Positions 44,628 to 58,300 of a stretch of 64,000 nucleotides of DNA are shown one piece after another. The translations under genes and the position numbers were made by a program. The stretch's first letter is position 1; every line of letters begins with the position of its first letter. This DNA comes from Podarcis melisellensis (lineage: Eukaryota). The notes under the pieces were generated by a model. That model worked only from the letters and a program-made list of their open reading frames with translations, did no database searches and was not told the origin of the DNA. The stretch lies in NCBI GenBank assembly GCA_964234715.1, contig OZ174279.1; one strand, written 5' to 3'.

Positions 44628-46310
44628 GTAAGCAAGATGGCTAACTCAATGGTTTTTTTAAAAAATAGTTTACATATGTAATCTCCCATATAATTTGTGT
44701 CCCTATGTTAAAAATGAGGGATGCTTAGACAGCGGCTTGCCTTAAAAATACCCAGTAAATTAATTACTGAATGGAATTTGAATCTGGACTTGTGAAATGC
44801 AGTGTCATAGTTTTTTTTTTTTAAAAAATAAACCCCCAAACAAATAAAACTTAACATAATGTAACGATTCCTCTCCCCTCCTTTCTTCAGTGAATTTTTA
44901 GCAGAAGAGGGTCAAGAGAAATTTTGGAGCTTTGTTGAAACCTGTCAGGACTTTGGATCATCCAATCATGATGGTAATTACTGCATTCCTTGGTCGCTTT
45001 GTAATCAGATAGGGTACTCTGTGCTAAATTCTTTGTAAAGGCTCATTGGTATAAATGACAAACACTTAATACAGCCGTACCTCAGAAGTTGAACAGAATC
45101 CGTTCCGGAAGTCCATTTGACTTCCGAAACATTCAACTTCCAAAGCGCGGCCTCTGGTTGGCTGCAGGAAGCTCCTGCAGCCAATCAGAAGCCACGGAAG
45201 CCCCATTGGACATTTAGCTTCCAAAAGAACATTCGAAAACCAGAACACTCACTTCCAGTTTTTGATCGTTTGGGAGCCGGAACGTTCGACTCCCAAGGCA
45301 TTCAGGAGTCGAGGTACGACTGTAACTTGTTTTTCTCTTTCCATTTGTAGAATAATGCTAAATATAAAAATAGTAAAGATTTTCATTTATGCTTTACACT
45401 TTAATGGAAAATGGTAACCAGTGAAAGCTTATGCAGATATAAATTGGCCATTTAAGGCAGATCTGTAGAACTTAGTGACTGACCAAGCCAAATAAACCTG
45501 CTAGCTGCATTTCCCCACTCTCAGAGCCTTTATCTGCGTTGCTGCCTACTTTGGTCTTCAAAAGCAGATATATTTTGACATGCCACAATACATAATGGAC
45601 AGCGTTCATCTTGCTGAGTCACAAGTTATACAAGCCTACTCTTAAGGGATGAAAAACTAGGTATAGGATGATACACTCTTTCCTTCCCACATGCTAATTG
45701 CCCATTCCATTTCCCCCTTTACATGTGCACCAGAACTTGAACTGTGGACAAAACACTTTTAAATATCTAGTACAGAAGCCAATCAGACTGGTGGAAGCAG
45801 TGACAGTTCTGTGCTTTGCCATTCTGATTGGCTATCATTTCAGTGCTGTGCAGTAAGAAGGAGCCATTTTCTTATTGTGCAGCTGGATATGTATGTGAGA
45901 GAGGTGTGAATGCCATGGGGAGGGGGGGGGGAGAGAGAGCTTTGTGTATGTATGCTTTGGCCCCAGTCACTGTCTATGAGGGAACGTGGTGTTTGCAGGG
46001 GTGGGGAGATAGTTCACCACCTCTTTAGAGCCTAATGACTGTAATTTATAATTTATATGTCTTTGCAAGGTTAACAAGCTAAAGTAACTAAGACATCATT
46101 ATTATTAATGAAAATATATAATATTTTGTTGTAATAGAATTATGTTGTAATATAATAGAACTGCTTACTATTGAGGATATCTCATTAAACGGATCAGACA
46201 CATTCCAGCAGTCATATCTATAATGCACATGAATTCCAAGTATATCTTAAAAGCAGTTATGTGCTTAGCAATTGTAGTAGTGACCAATGAGTATGAATAA
46301 TCAAGTTCAG

Positions 46311-46373
<63 letters not shown>

Positions 46374-49300
46374 GATTTTCTGTATGCAGTGTTATATGGA
46401 GGTAGCCTAGGATCACAGTGTTTACCAGCTTGTAGTCATATATTTCCAACTTGATGACTGCACAGGATGCTGATTCCTTGTGTTGTTTTAAATTGTGTAC
46501 AGTTGTAGTATGAACCACGACGACAGTTATCACTGATTTTTAAAATCCCTCTGCACTTGCATAAAAAACTAAATAGTTTACTTTATGGGTTGGCAGGTAT
46601 TGATTATTCCTCTTACTATGCAATGCTGCAAGCAGCTTCCCAGAATCTTTCACCTTTGCAACAGAACTTGTTGAAATTTGCCTTGTCTTTGCGCTCTTAT
46701 TCAGCTACGGTTCAAGCCTTCCAGCAGGTTAGTATATAGCTTTTGGAACATTTCTGATTCTGATGTTTTCATACAGACAGTAATGCAAAAAGGAAACACT
46801 GGGTGTCTCCTCTCCCTGAACTAGCAACCTAAGCCTTGTGTTTGACCATATTACAATAACTAATTTTTTGACAGTGACTGACTATACTGTGTATATTGGG
46901 AGTGGTAATATGTTGATGGACCTTATTGAGTTGACAGATAATATCCCCTTCCCTGATTGCTTGCCAGCCTAGACACCAAGGTTAGGTGGGGTGTCTAGGC
47001 ATTGACAATCTTCCACCTCTTTCCTGACCACTGCCCAGAGAAGTATTGGGCATGGTACCAGTGCTGCAAAAGTTACCACATGGATATTTACGTTCCTTTA
47101 AAAAAAACAAACTTAAATTTAAAAGGAATGGCTTCAGTATCCTGCCCACCATCTTGTTCGCCCACGATTCCTCAATAGCTGCTCACCCAGCAATAATAAT
47201 AAACACAAAACAAGGCTGAGAGAAAGAAAAGAGGGGAGAGAGATGGGGGGGAGGGAAGGGAACAAATAAAGTTGCTGTAAGATTATCCCTCTTTCTCTCA
47301 TTTAGCTCCAAGGCAGGAGACCTTTCTTGATTGATTATAAAATGGAGCGATCTTTATTTTGTGTGGTATTTGTCTTTGAAAGAATCTAAGAAGTTTATTC
47401 TACCTTCCTCGCTGGTATCCATCTGGGCTGGAAGCAGAAAAGCTGTGCAAATGCTCCCATTCCACAAGTCGTGGCCAGTTTTTTTGATGTGATTCAGTGC
47501 TGTACTGTTCATTCATATGGATCAAAAATGACAATGCACAGATGAATCTATTAGAAGCAGAGTATCTTGTGATCCTGTTACTATGACCATGATGCCATTT
47601 TCCCCACCTCTGAAAAAGGTTGACATCTTACTATAATAGATCCATTTTAATACAGATAGCCGCTGATGAGCCCCCACCAGAGGGATGTAATGCATTTTTT
47701 GTTGTACACGGAGAGAAGACTTGTGAATCTGACAAACTCAAAATGCTTCTACAAACAGCTTCAGAAAGGTAGTTTTATTTTGTACCAAGGCATCAACTAT
47801 GCTGCTGCTTATTTTGTTAAAATAGGGCAATCTGATTCAGTGTTGGTCATTTGTTCTGTATTACATAATTCTATTTCATAGTTTCATGATGTTTAAATAA
47901 TTTTATTGTACACTGCTTTGCTAATTTTTTATGAGTTGGTGATTTATAAATATTCTGATTAAATGATTGATTACAATCTTAACATGTTGCTACTTTGGAC
48001 ATAAGGTCCCAGAGTGGGATGCAATCATAAGATTCTGGGGTGGGTTACAACAATAGATTACAACAAAGATACAAATAGATAAAACTATTACAATTATAAA
48101 ATGCATACTGTTCAGTTCCATTTGCAATGGCTTTGTAAGTTACAACATTTTAGGAATTCATTCAGTTCCACAATTGTGAGAAGCAGAGCAATAAAGTGCT
48201 GGGATTTCCATATGGAAATCTTATTTTAATTCTTCATGAATCACATTTAATGATTCAAGCATTAGTATAAGGACTGTCATAGTTACCTATTTATGTCTCT
48301 TCTATATGCTCAGTGCAGTCATAAGCGTTATCTAATCTTGTTTAAATACATTATTTATATTGGAGTGTTTGTCTTGTTCCAGGCCAAAGCCTTTTATATT
48401 CAAAGGCGACCACAAATACCCAGTCTCAGACCCTGAAAGTCCTGTGGTAATCTTGTATGCTGAGATTGGCTCTGAGGAGATGTCTAGATTTCACAGACTA
48501 CTTGTATCAAAAGTCAATGCTGGAGAAATCATCTACATTCTTAGGCATTACATCGCTGTAAGTACTAAAACAATTTTAGGAAAGTCCACATGATTTCCAG
48601 TATTTTTCAGGAGCAATATTAGTTATTTAGGTGCCACTTCAAGAATATTTTGCATTGAGTTCTAAAATCGTGTGTGTTTTTATATAAACCATATTGCCGG
48701 GTTTTGATTGCTTTCAATATTGCAACATTTATGTGTTTTGAAGAGGGGTTTATCTTTTCTGATTATATTCAAAGATTTATTCCTCTGTTCGTACAAGACA
48801 ACTGTGAAGCTGAATCTAGACTCACTGTTTTAAAGATCTAGAAGCTGTTAGGTCTCAATTTGAAGAGGTAATAGTTTCAGGATATTTCTGGTTACCGTTC
48901 TTTTTATAGTCTTACTGCCCCTTATGACTTTTGTGGCAATGTGCAATGAAATTTGAGGTTCCAGATATGTAAATGCCAGCATGAGAAGCATTGCCAAGAC
49001 AGCAGGAATCACTACAAGAGCTTCTTAGATGGAAGCTACATTTGTCATCCTCCTACCAGCTGGAGTTCTGAATTGGGCTGCAACTTTCTTATCACAGAGA
49101 GGGTGGGTGGGTGGGTGTTTATAGCTGAGCTGCAACACAGCTGGGCACTTGTTCCAAGTTTAAATCAGATGGTCCAACTGCCTGTGATTATGGTCTGGCA
49201 AAGTTGGGAGAGATAAACCTAGCAAATGCCTTGTTGTGCCCATGTTACCTTGCTTTTACTCCTTCCTCTCTTGCAGAATCCAAGTAAAGAAAGAGTCTAC

Positions 49301-52300
49301 CTGTCAGGCTATGGTGTGGAGCTGGCCATTAAAAGCACAGAATATAAGGCCAAGGATGATACCCAGGTGAAAGGTGAATTCCTACCTTAAGAGCAGTGAT
49401 GGTTCCACCATGAACTGGCATATGTTCCAAAGTTGTTTTTAAAATTCTCTTCATATGCTCTCGCTGTTATTCTATTTAGAATTGAATCACTTCTTCAGGG
49501 TATATTAGCAATACGCTGCAGTAATCTAAATCATTCGGATTTATTTATATACAACCTTTCCACAAGGAAATTCTGCTCAAAATGGCTTGTAACAAGCCAA
49601 ATAAAAATAATTGAAAACCCACTGAGTAGCAATCACTCTGGAATTGATTGCACGTTGACAGGAGCTGCTGAAGCTAGATTAGGCAACCTTTGGATTGATA
49701 CTCTTAAGGACTGGAAGGTTCATGCATATATTGATGTACTTTAAGATGAGGCAACTTGCCCAGGCAACCCATTAGCTTCCCTTGACGTGGCAGGATTGTG
49801 TAGGTTACCAGTTCAAGCTGGAGTGGGAAACTTGTCTGGACTTGCTCTCTCCCTGGCTGTTAGCAATCTGTGTGCCCAATTTCCCCTCAGGCCCCAGTTT
49901 CAGGGTCTTGCCTCACACTTCATTCTTCATCTTCTGCTTTCCTTGCAAAGCTGCCTAACCTCTTACACACATGTTTAATTTACTCCCAGATCCTTTTTTA
50001 TGATAATAAGCTGTGGTGCATGAAAAGTAGCACATTTTCTAAATGAAGGAAAAGCCATTATAATTTTTATCTGTGTTTTGTATGTCCTACTTTGTGTTAA
50101 TCCCTCCCTTCCACCAGTTTGTTGGCTTCAAATGCTACTAGCATGGTGTTGGCTACTAAGTAAAAACATGCAGAGGCAGAATGAGGAGTGTCATCATCGT
50201 TCTGCCCTTTTTTGTGCGACAAGCCACTTCTTTAGAAAAAAGTGTTTGACGTTTGCTCCCTCTGGAGCCAGAGTGAGGAGAGTCTCACTCTGAGACTCTT
50301 CACAGTGGCAGTGGAGAGCAGCACCAGATTATTCACTGGTTGACAGAAGGGAATGAGTGTCAAGGAATGTCACTGTTCCCCCCTCACCAGGGAATAACCC
50401 CATTACACTTTGGTGTCTGTTGTAAGAAATTGCAGCAATTGTCTACTTATCTTAGAAACAAGATGTGCTTGCTGTCATGGCTGTCTGCAGTGCTAATATT
50501 GTGTGCTGAAGGCTTGCAAAGCTTGTCAGACTCTTTATGACTGATCGTTTCCTAAATGGTATCATAACCAGGAGTTTTTTCATGTTTCTATAGGTGCGGA
50601 TGTGAATGCAACCGTAATAGGTGAAAATGACCCCATTGATGAAGTGCAGGGATTTCTATTTGGAAAACTGAGGTACGTCATACTCTTGACAAACGTGTTC
50701 ATTTTCCTTGGCTTTTCCACCTAAAGCATTCCAGAAATGACTTGCAAGGAAATACATAAAGAACACTGCAGGGAGGGGGCTCCGTAATAGTGCACACGTT
50801 TTGCTTGTGAAAGGTCCCAAGTTTGGTCCCGGCATCAGCAGGTGGGGATGGGAAGGACTTCTACCTGAAACCCTGGAGAGCTGCTGCCATTCAGTGTTGG
50901 CAATCTTGAGCTAGATGGGCCAACTAAACTGTATACAGCAGCTTCCTCTGTTACTTTTAGCTGCATTTTCCGACTAAAGCCTACAAAATATTAAGAAAAG
51001 GGACCCAAATCCACATCTATTAAGGGCAGTTGTGCAGGAAGGTAAACAGCATTTCCGTGCTTCTCTGGTTTGCCAGAAGCAGCTTAGTCATGCTGGCCAC
51101 ATGACTGGAAGCTGTCTGCGGACAAACACTGGCTCCCTCAGCCTATAGAGCGAGATGAGCGTGCAACCCCAGGGTCATCCGCTAATGGTCAGGGGTTCCT
51201 TTACCTTTAATAAAATAGGTTTCCTTAATTCATTTTTTATTCCAGGCAGTTGCACCCCAGTTTGAAAGAAGAACTGAAAGAACTAAGAAAACATCTTGTT
51301 GAAAGCACCAATGAAATGGCACCCTTAAAAGTGTGGCAATTACAAGGTAAGTATCCATATTAGACCCCTCTCCTGCAAATCTGAAATGTGAACTTCAACT
51401 TCCTAGGAGCTCTTACGCTGCACTTAAGTCCTTATATACACACACTAAAATAAATTTATTATGACCTCGTTGTGAAGTGCTCCTGTGTCAGCAGAAGCAT
51501 CCATAAATGCAACCGTTCCTGGAAGAGATAGAAGCACGAAGACACTTTCCATCAGCACCACCCCAAGGCATTTTCCCTTTGTGCAAAGCATTGAGTTGAA
51601 TGCAGTTGCGTTTTTTACATGCCAGCATATTTCAAAGCACAGGTTCCTTCTTCAGCAACCATCTTAAACTTTTGAATTACATAGAATAGCTGAAGTAGTT
51701 TCCACATGGTGCCAGATAAGTACAATATTTCTGCAAACTGCTTCAGCTCTTCTGCATACTTTGAAGAAGAAAACTTTGCCCCTAAGAGCATTCACCTGGA
51801 GTTCATCTTCTGTGTCTTCAATCCAAAACCCCATTGTGCCTGGCTGGGATGGACTTTGATTAGATGAAGGTGCCCCTCTACCCACAGAATGATACCAGCA
51901 TCAACTCCCAGCTCCTCATTCCACCTGGTGGTAGCTCATGGAAAGCCCCTATATGGGGTGTTCTAGAGAAGGGACTGAGCCAGCCCCATGACTGTCACTG
52001 CTGCCTTGTGATGTCTTCGAGCCAAATCATTGCACCAGCTCCAGGCTGCCACAGTGATTTGCCTGCCTCTTCTGCTGTGGCCAGCGGAAGCAAGAAGGCT
52101 GCCAGTGTGGTGACAACACAACCCTGCCACTGCCTGCTAGGGCTTTGGATTGCTCTGTTAGTTGGCATTAAGCAAACAAGTTCCTCCTTTTGCATTCTTC
52201 TTATTTCAGTGCCTCTTCCTTCTCTTTTTGCCAGTTGCATTCTTCGCAGCTGCCTTATAATTACGGCTCATAGTTGCATTATAGATAAGGTGACAAAAGA

Positions 52301-55300
52301 CTGCAATCCTGAACACACTTGGGAGTAAGCCCTATTGGATGCAGTGGCGTTTCCTTCTGAGTAAACCTGCGTGGTAAAATTCCCGAATCCTTCTGATTCA
52401 TTTTCACCTGGTGAATGCTTCTCAGCATTATATCCAGTTGTATGAATTGTGTACTCTGCTAAGAACAGAACATTGGTGGATGTGCTAGCTTGATCCAGGG
52501 ATGCCCTTACGCATGAACTCTGCTTCAGCCATGTGAGCAACTTCATCAAAGTGTGTGAGAGGAATAGTTGGGTGTTTAAGAGCTTCAAGAGATTAGGCTG
52601 ATCTCGGCACCTAGCAGAGTTAAGCTTCATAATGTTCCAGGTTTGGAGGACTGCCTTATGATTGAACTCTTTTCAATTTTAGATCTGAGCTTCCAAACTG
52701 CTGCCCGTATTCTGGCTGCTCCTACGGTGGATGCTTTGATGGTCATGAAAGATCTAAGTCAGAATTTTCCCACAAAGGCTAGGTAACTCCTGCTGCTGCT
52801 GCTAAGCAAATATAATTTTTTGTGCTGTTTACTTTGGTGAAAGTGATCAAAGCTCTCAGAGCAGATTGAGGATCCTGGTTGTTGAAACGGAAACAAACTA
52901 CTTTGGCCCCCTTACTTGTGGGGAAATGGTTGCCCCAGTGTGGTCCATCCAGCTTCTACCAGCTAACTGATAGTTTAGAAACGAGCAATTGTGGAATTAG
53001 ATCATTTTAAAAGGGAAAACTTGCTTTTCAACATCTCTGCTATAATTTTGCTCTTAATACCTTGAAAACTTTGGTATGAATTCGCAGTGAAATACCCCTT
53101 GCATATTTGAAAATATTAAATTTGGCCACCTTGGAAGTTCAATGAAAATGCAGGGTGTTTCTCTGATAAAGTAGAGACAATTTGACAGCAGAAAGAATTC
53201 ACATATACAGAAAGGTGCTGGAGGTGGAGAAAATGCCTGCGTTCAGCCAGGAATAAGAAAACCATTCATAATCAGTTTGTGAAGAACGGGGGCAGGAAAG
53301 ACATAACCGGGCAGCTATACAGCCAACAACAACCTGCACTGATCATATCTGCAGTTAGGGGGGCAGGCTATATCAGAAAAGTCAGTATTTCTGCATCATC
53401 GGTACTACAGCATTTGTAATCTTAAGTGCATATTAGTGTTTTCTATTAAATAAGAGATGTTAAGTTCATAGTTGGCTCAGATTACCTATCTCTTTTAAGG
53501 GATAATAACTTCCTCCTGGTATGTGTCCTTTTGGATTTAAAAGCTGAAAGCACTTAATTCTTGTGCAACCATTTTTGGCACAAATTTTGAAGATGTCAAA
53601 CTTTGTAGGGTTTAATATGTGGAGTCCCTCCCCCCAATTGATTGCACTAGAGAGCTTAAATGAAATAGATTAATTGTTGACCTTGCAGTTGCAGTGTTTT
53701 CTATACTGTATGAATTCCAATATCTGTTTACTGGTAACAATTGTATGCCCTAGTGGGACATGTTGGAGTGGAACAGATATAAAAACAAAAGAAGAGGTAG
53801 GACAGGCAATTAATGATAACATGTGACTCTTTTGGTTTCTGTAGGGCAATAACAAAAACAGTTGTTTCTTCAGAACTCAGATCAGAAATTGAAGAGAACC
53901 AAAAGGTAATTGTATGGAGCCTTATTGTATTGGAGCCTCTTGGCAAAATAGGGATTTGAACCTAGGTCTCCTGGGCTGACACTAGCCATTAAGCCACACT
54001 GCCTCTCTGTATTTAAAAAGTACATTTTATCGAGCTCTAAATACTTTGAAGTGCTGTTCTTCTTCCAGAATGTCCAGAATGTTTTGTTGGTTTCTGGTTG
54101 TACTGTTGTACTAGCTACAGCCTAGGGCAGAATTAGAAGGAAAGGTTCTTCATCATATCATAGAACCACAGAATTGTAGAGTTGGAAGGGGCACCAAGAG
54201 TCATCTAGTCTAACCCCCTGCAATGCAGGAATCTCATCTAAAGCATCTAGGACAGATGGCCATCCAACCTCTGCTTAAAAACCTCCCGCGAAGAAGAGTC
54301 CACTACCTTCTGAGGGAGTTTGTTCCAGTGAACCCTAACACTGTTCTGTGCAAGGTTTATATTCCACAAGCTCAGAAACTATGAGCCAAGTGGCTCTTAA
54401 CTGGTTTTACCTGGATATTTCCCAGGGAATAGTCACAAGCAGTTGCTCAAGGAGAACCTGGCCTTTTGGGTTTTGCCTTGCTTTTGAATAAGTCCCACTG
54501 CGTGTCAAACTTGAAACTTAGTGGCTTCTGTGATGTGTTCTGGGGATTAAACAAATAGAAACTTTAACAATTGGCACAGCAGGAGCAGTACAATCCCCTC
54601 AATTGACTTCTTTATCTCTGTTTAAGACTGAAATCACAGTGTAATTGAATCTGCTGCAGAATATCTGTTTAACTTTCTCTATAAGGGAATAATGTATCTA
54701 TCTGCATATCTATTTACTGTAAGAAATGTCAGGGTGAATGTGCAAAATATCAGGAATGCTGTCTTAACAAGCTCCCAGAAGAGTCCCATTCTAGAAAAGA
54801 ATTACCTCAGAGGAACTGGGTTGTCACAACAATTAGAAAAGAAACAATGGGGCAGAATGTTGTTCAGATATCAGAATACAAATACCACTTAACAGTTCAG
54901 CATAACAGGATTTAACAGTGCAATCCCAGACATGTTTACCTAAAAGTAAGCCCCACTAAATAAGTGGGTATAGGATTGCAACCTAGATTGCTCTAAATCT
55001 ACATTGAGGACTGAACTTTGCAATTTCCATGGCACAAAAAAATGCTTATTAGTATTATATATGAATCTCAGTCTTGAGCGTAGGTTGGTTGAAGTGAGAG
55101 AAGTAACTTTGGTAAGATTATTTTTCTTTGCTTGATTTAGCCCCCAGAGGTGACCTCTGACAGCTTTGTGCTCACATTTTGATTTCATCTGGGCTTGAAT
55201 GCAAATGATGGCCACTGATAGTGGCCTTTATATTTTGCTTATGGTACACTGACTTTATTCCTTTCACATCCCTTTCACATCAGTTTCTGTTATACTTTCA

Positions 55301-58300
55301 GCTAGTAAGCTGCCTCCCCCATATCATATATCAGCCATATATCATACCTCCTTAAATATTCCTTAAAATGGCCAACATGATTCTAGAGTATGATAAAACC
55401 ACTTTGTTAAATTTATTTATCGGTCAAGTGTGTAGGCAGATTGCTTGAGGTCAAGTAAGTAGTTGATCCATTTTACTTCCCTGTGTCTGCATAGAACTTT
55501 GGATGCTATAAAGAAGAGCAGTAATTGAAATGGGAGCACAGCTTGTAATTGCTCCACATCATCAAAGAATGGGCAGTCAGCAGGCCTTATTTAGCATGCA
55601 ATCCAAACCCCTGGTGGTTCGCAGCAGGGCTTAACAGGTACTACAATAGCATCTGGAGTCTCTCTGCTTGTGCCAGGCAGGGTGCAAGGTGTGATGGGTA
55701 GGAAAATAGTTTAGTTCAGTGGCACCAGCTCCAGGTTTGTGCAACAGAGAGGCCTGGATTAACTTGGAGTTACTTAGACACCAATGAATACAGGCAGCAA
55801 CCATTTTGCATGCATCCACCAATGTGTGGGTCCTTTTGGAACAGGGCAGGGTTTGGGTTGGGTTTATGCGCACTCCGCTGAGGTGCGCAGGGGCCAGGAA
55901 TGGAACCCCTGTACTTGGCTACTCCAGTTCAGTTGAAACTTCATTGGTAGGTGAGCCCTGCTAATGACAGAGCATGAATACAGGTAAAGGGAAACCTCCT
56001 CATCCAGACTCCTTCCTGTGTGGTGGATCAGGGGTTTGGATCGCTCTATTAATACCTCATCATTCTATTTTTATCATAAGATAATCCACACTCTGTGCTG
56101 CATTAGATTAATACTGATAGCTGATTTGCTGTCAAGGCAGGACCAACTGAATTTCCATTTCTGGGATCAGTTAACATTTTAAATGCACATCTTTGAAAAG
56201 ATTTGATCTTAAGTTATGTATTATTCAAGTCTTGTATTTTAAAAAGTCTACTAATGTCTTTGTTGCACTTTTTCCACAGTACTTCAAAGGAACCTTAGGT
56301 TTACAATCCGGGGATTCTGCTCTGTTCATCAATGGGCTGCACATAGATCTAGACACACAGGACATATTTAGGTATGAACTCTTCAGATTCTTCTTAACTT
56401 AGGTTACAGTATAGCAATATAAAATGCTACAGTATTATCAGCCGGTGGCGTTCTAAAGTTTTATCTGATCTGTGCTCTTTCTAGTTTGTTTGATGTCTTG
56501 AGGAACGAAGCTCGTGTTATGGAAGGGCTGCATAGTTTGGGAATTGTTGGCCTTTCCATGCACAATGTGTTAAAGCTGAACATCCAGCCATCGGACTCTG
56601 ACTATGCTGTAGATATCAGAAGTCCTGCTATTTCAGTGAGTATGTGGGGTGAGATTTCCATCGATCAGTAAAAAAAATCATTCACAGTATGTTATATATC
56701 CTGGAACACTTGTGCACATGCTTTACTGAAGTGTAAATTCTTTGAGGCAAGTCTTGAACCTTATTTTAGTTCAACATACGAATCCATACAGTTCAGTTAC
56801 TTCCACTGCAATTGAATCGCTAAATAGTGGCCCTAAATTGAAATAAGTTCTAATCATCCAAGCAACAAGTATTTTTAATTTATCTTGTTTGACTTTCTTT
56901 TCTTTTTAGTGGATCAATAATCTTGAAGTTGACAGCAGATACAATTTGTGGCCTTCCAGTGTCCAGGAGCTGCTGCGCCCGACTTTCCCTGGTGTAATCA
57001 GACAAATAAGGAAAAACTTCCATAATTTTGTAAGTGGTATCTTATTTTGGTCTATGAATGTCACTCTAAGATTTCCAGAGTTGGGCAACTTAAGATTTTA
57101 TTTGTATGCAATGTTTTAATTAATTTCTATTATACGTTTTCCACTAAAATTAAGATAATCCTATATATTTAGCTTAGTATATCTGTTCCAATATAAAAAA
57201 CCCATTCAAATAAGAATCCATAGAGAGATCTAAAGCATATTTAAAATTAAAATTGTGAAACATAGTTCTAGTCCTTCTGAAGTGATGTAATGGCATCTGA
57301 ATCCCTACTTTGCTATGACTTTCAGGTGCTCATCGTAGACCCGTCCCATGAGAGCTCGGCGGAGTTGCTTAGCGTGGCTGAAATGTTCCTTAGTAACCAC
57401 ATACCATTGAGGTAATGCTGCAGTTTCTGTGTGTGTGTAACTTAGAATTTTATTTTTGAAGCTGAGTAATGTTCACAGCTACAGGGACGCGGGTGGCACT
57501 GTGGGTTAAACCACTGAGCCTCTTGGGCTTGCCAATCAGAAGGTCGGCGGTTCAAATGTCCGCAATGGGGTGAGCTCCTGTTGCTCGGTACCTGCTCCTG
57601 CCAACCTAGCAGTTCGAAAGCACGTCAAAGTGCAAGTAGATAAATAGGTACCGCTCCGGCGGGAAGGTAAACGGCGTTTCTGTGTGCTGCTCTGGTTTGC
57701 CAGAAGTGGCTTAGTCATGCTGGCCATGTGACCCAGAAGCTGCGCGCCGGCTCCCTCAGCCAGTAAAGCAAGATGAGTGCCGCAACCCCAGAGTCGGCCA
57801 CGACTGGACCTAATGGTCAGGGGTCCCTTTACCTTTACCTTTAATGTTCACAGCTGATCACCTTTCCGAACCTATGAAAAGTACATATTTGGCATGATGG
57901 GAATTTTTCTTGAGCAACCATCTCCACTACCTCTTATTCCTAACTGTATGAGAGAGGAGCCTTTTGGGTCTGGTCACATATGGGAGGTATCTGGAGGTCC
58001 TGGTTTGTACCAAGGGGCTGTGGGAAATCTGATATGGGGCACATGCTTATGCCTATGATGTGAGTTTTGCACACATGTGAAATACCACAGACAGGGAGGA
58101 ATGATGCAGATGTAACATTAAATGACTGTGTACCACAATGCCTCCTCCTCCTCATGGATGACTTCTTCACACCAGCCAGATTCATGGCTCAGTCCATGTC
58201 TGCACCACTGTCAGCCATGGTTAATGCTAACCAGGTCTGGCTCCTATCTCAGGATTTGAAACCAGAGCTTGATGTTAGTTCCATTGTCTGGTTAGGATTG

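Noticed and set aside
51490-52330. Unexplained segment with several ORFs in UGGT1 intron 9
   Set aside because: Might be a decayed transposon, but I could not recognise any motif
57481-57570. tRNA-like A/B boxes
   Set aside because: Head of a Sauria SINE, not a tRNA gene
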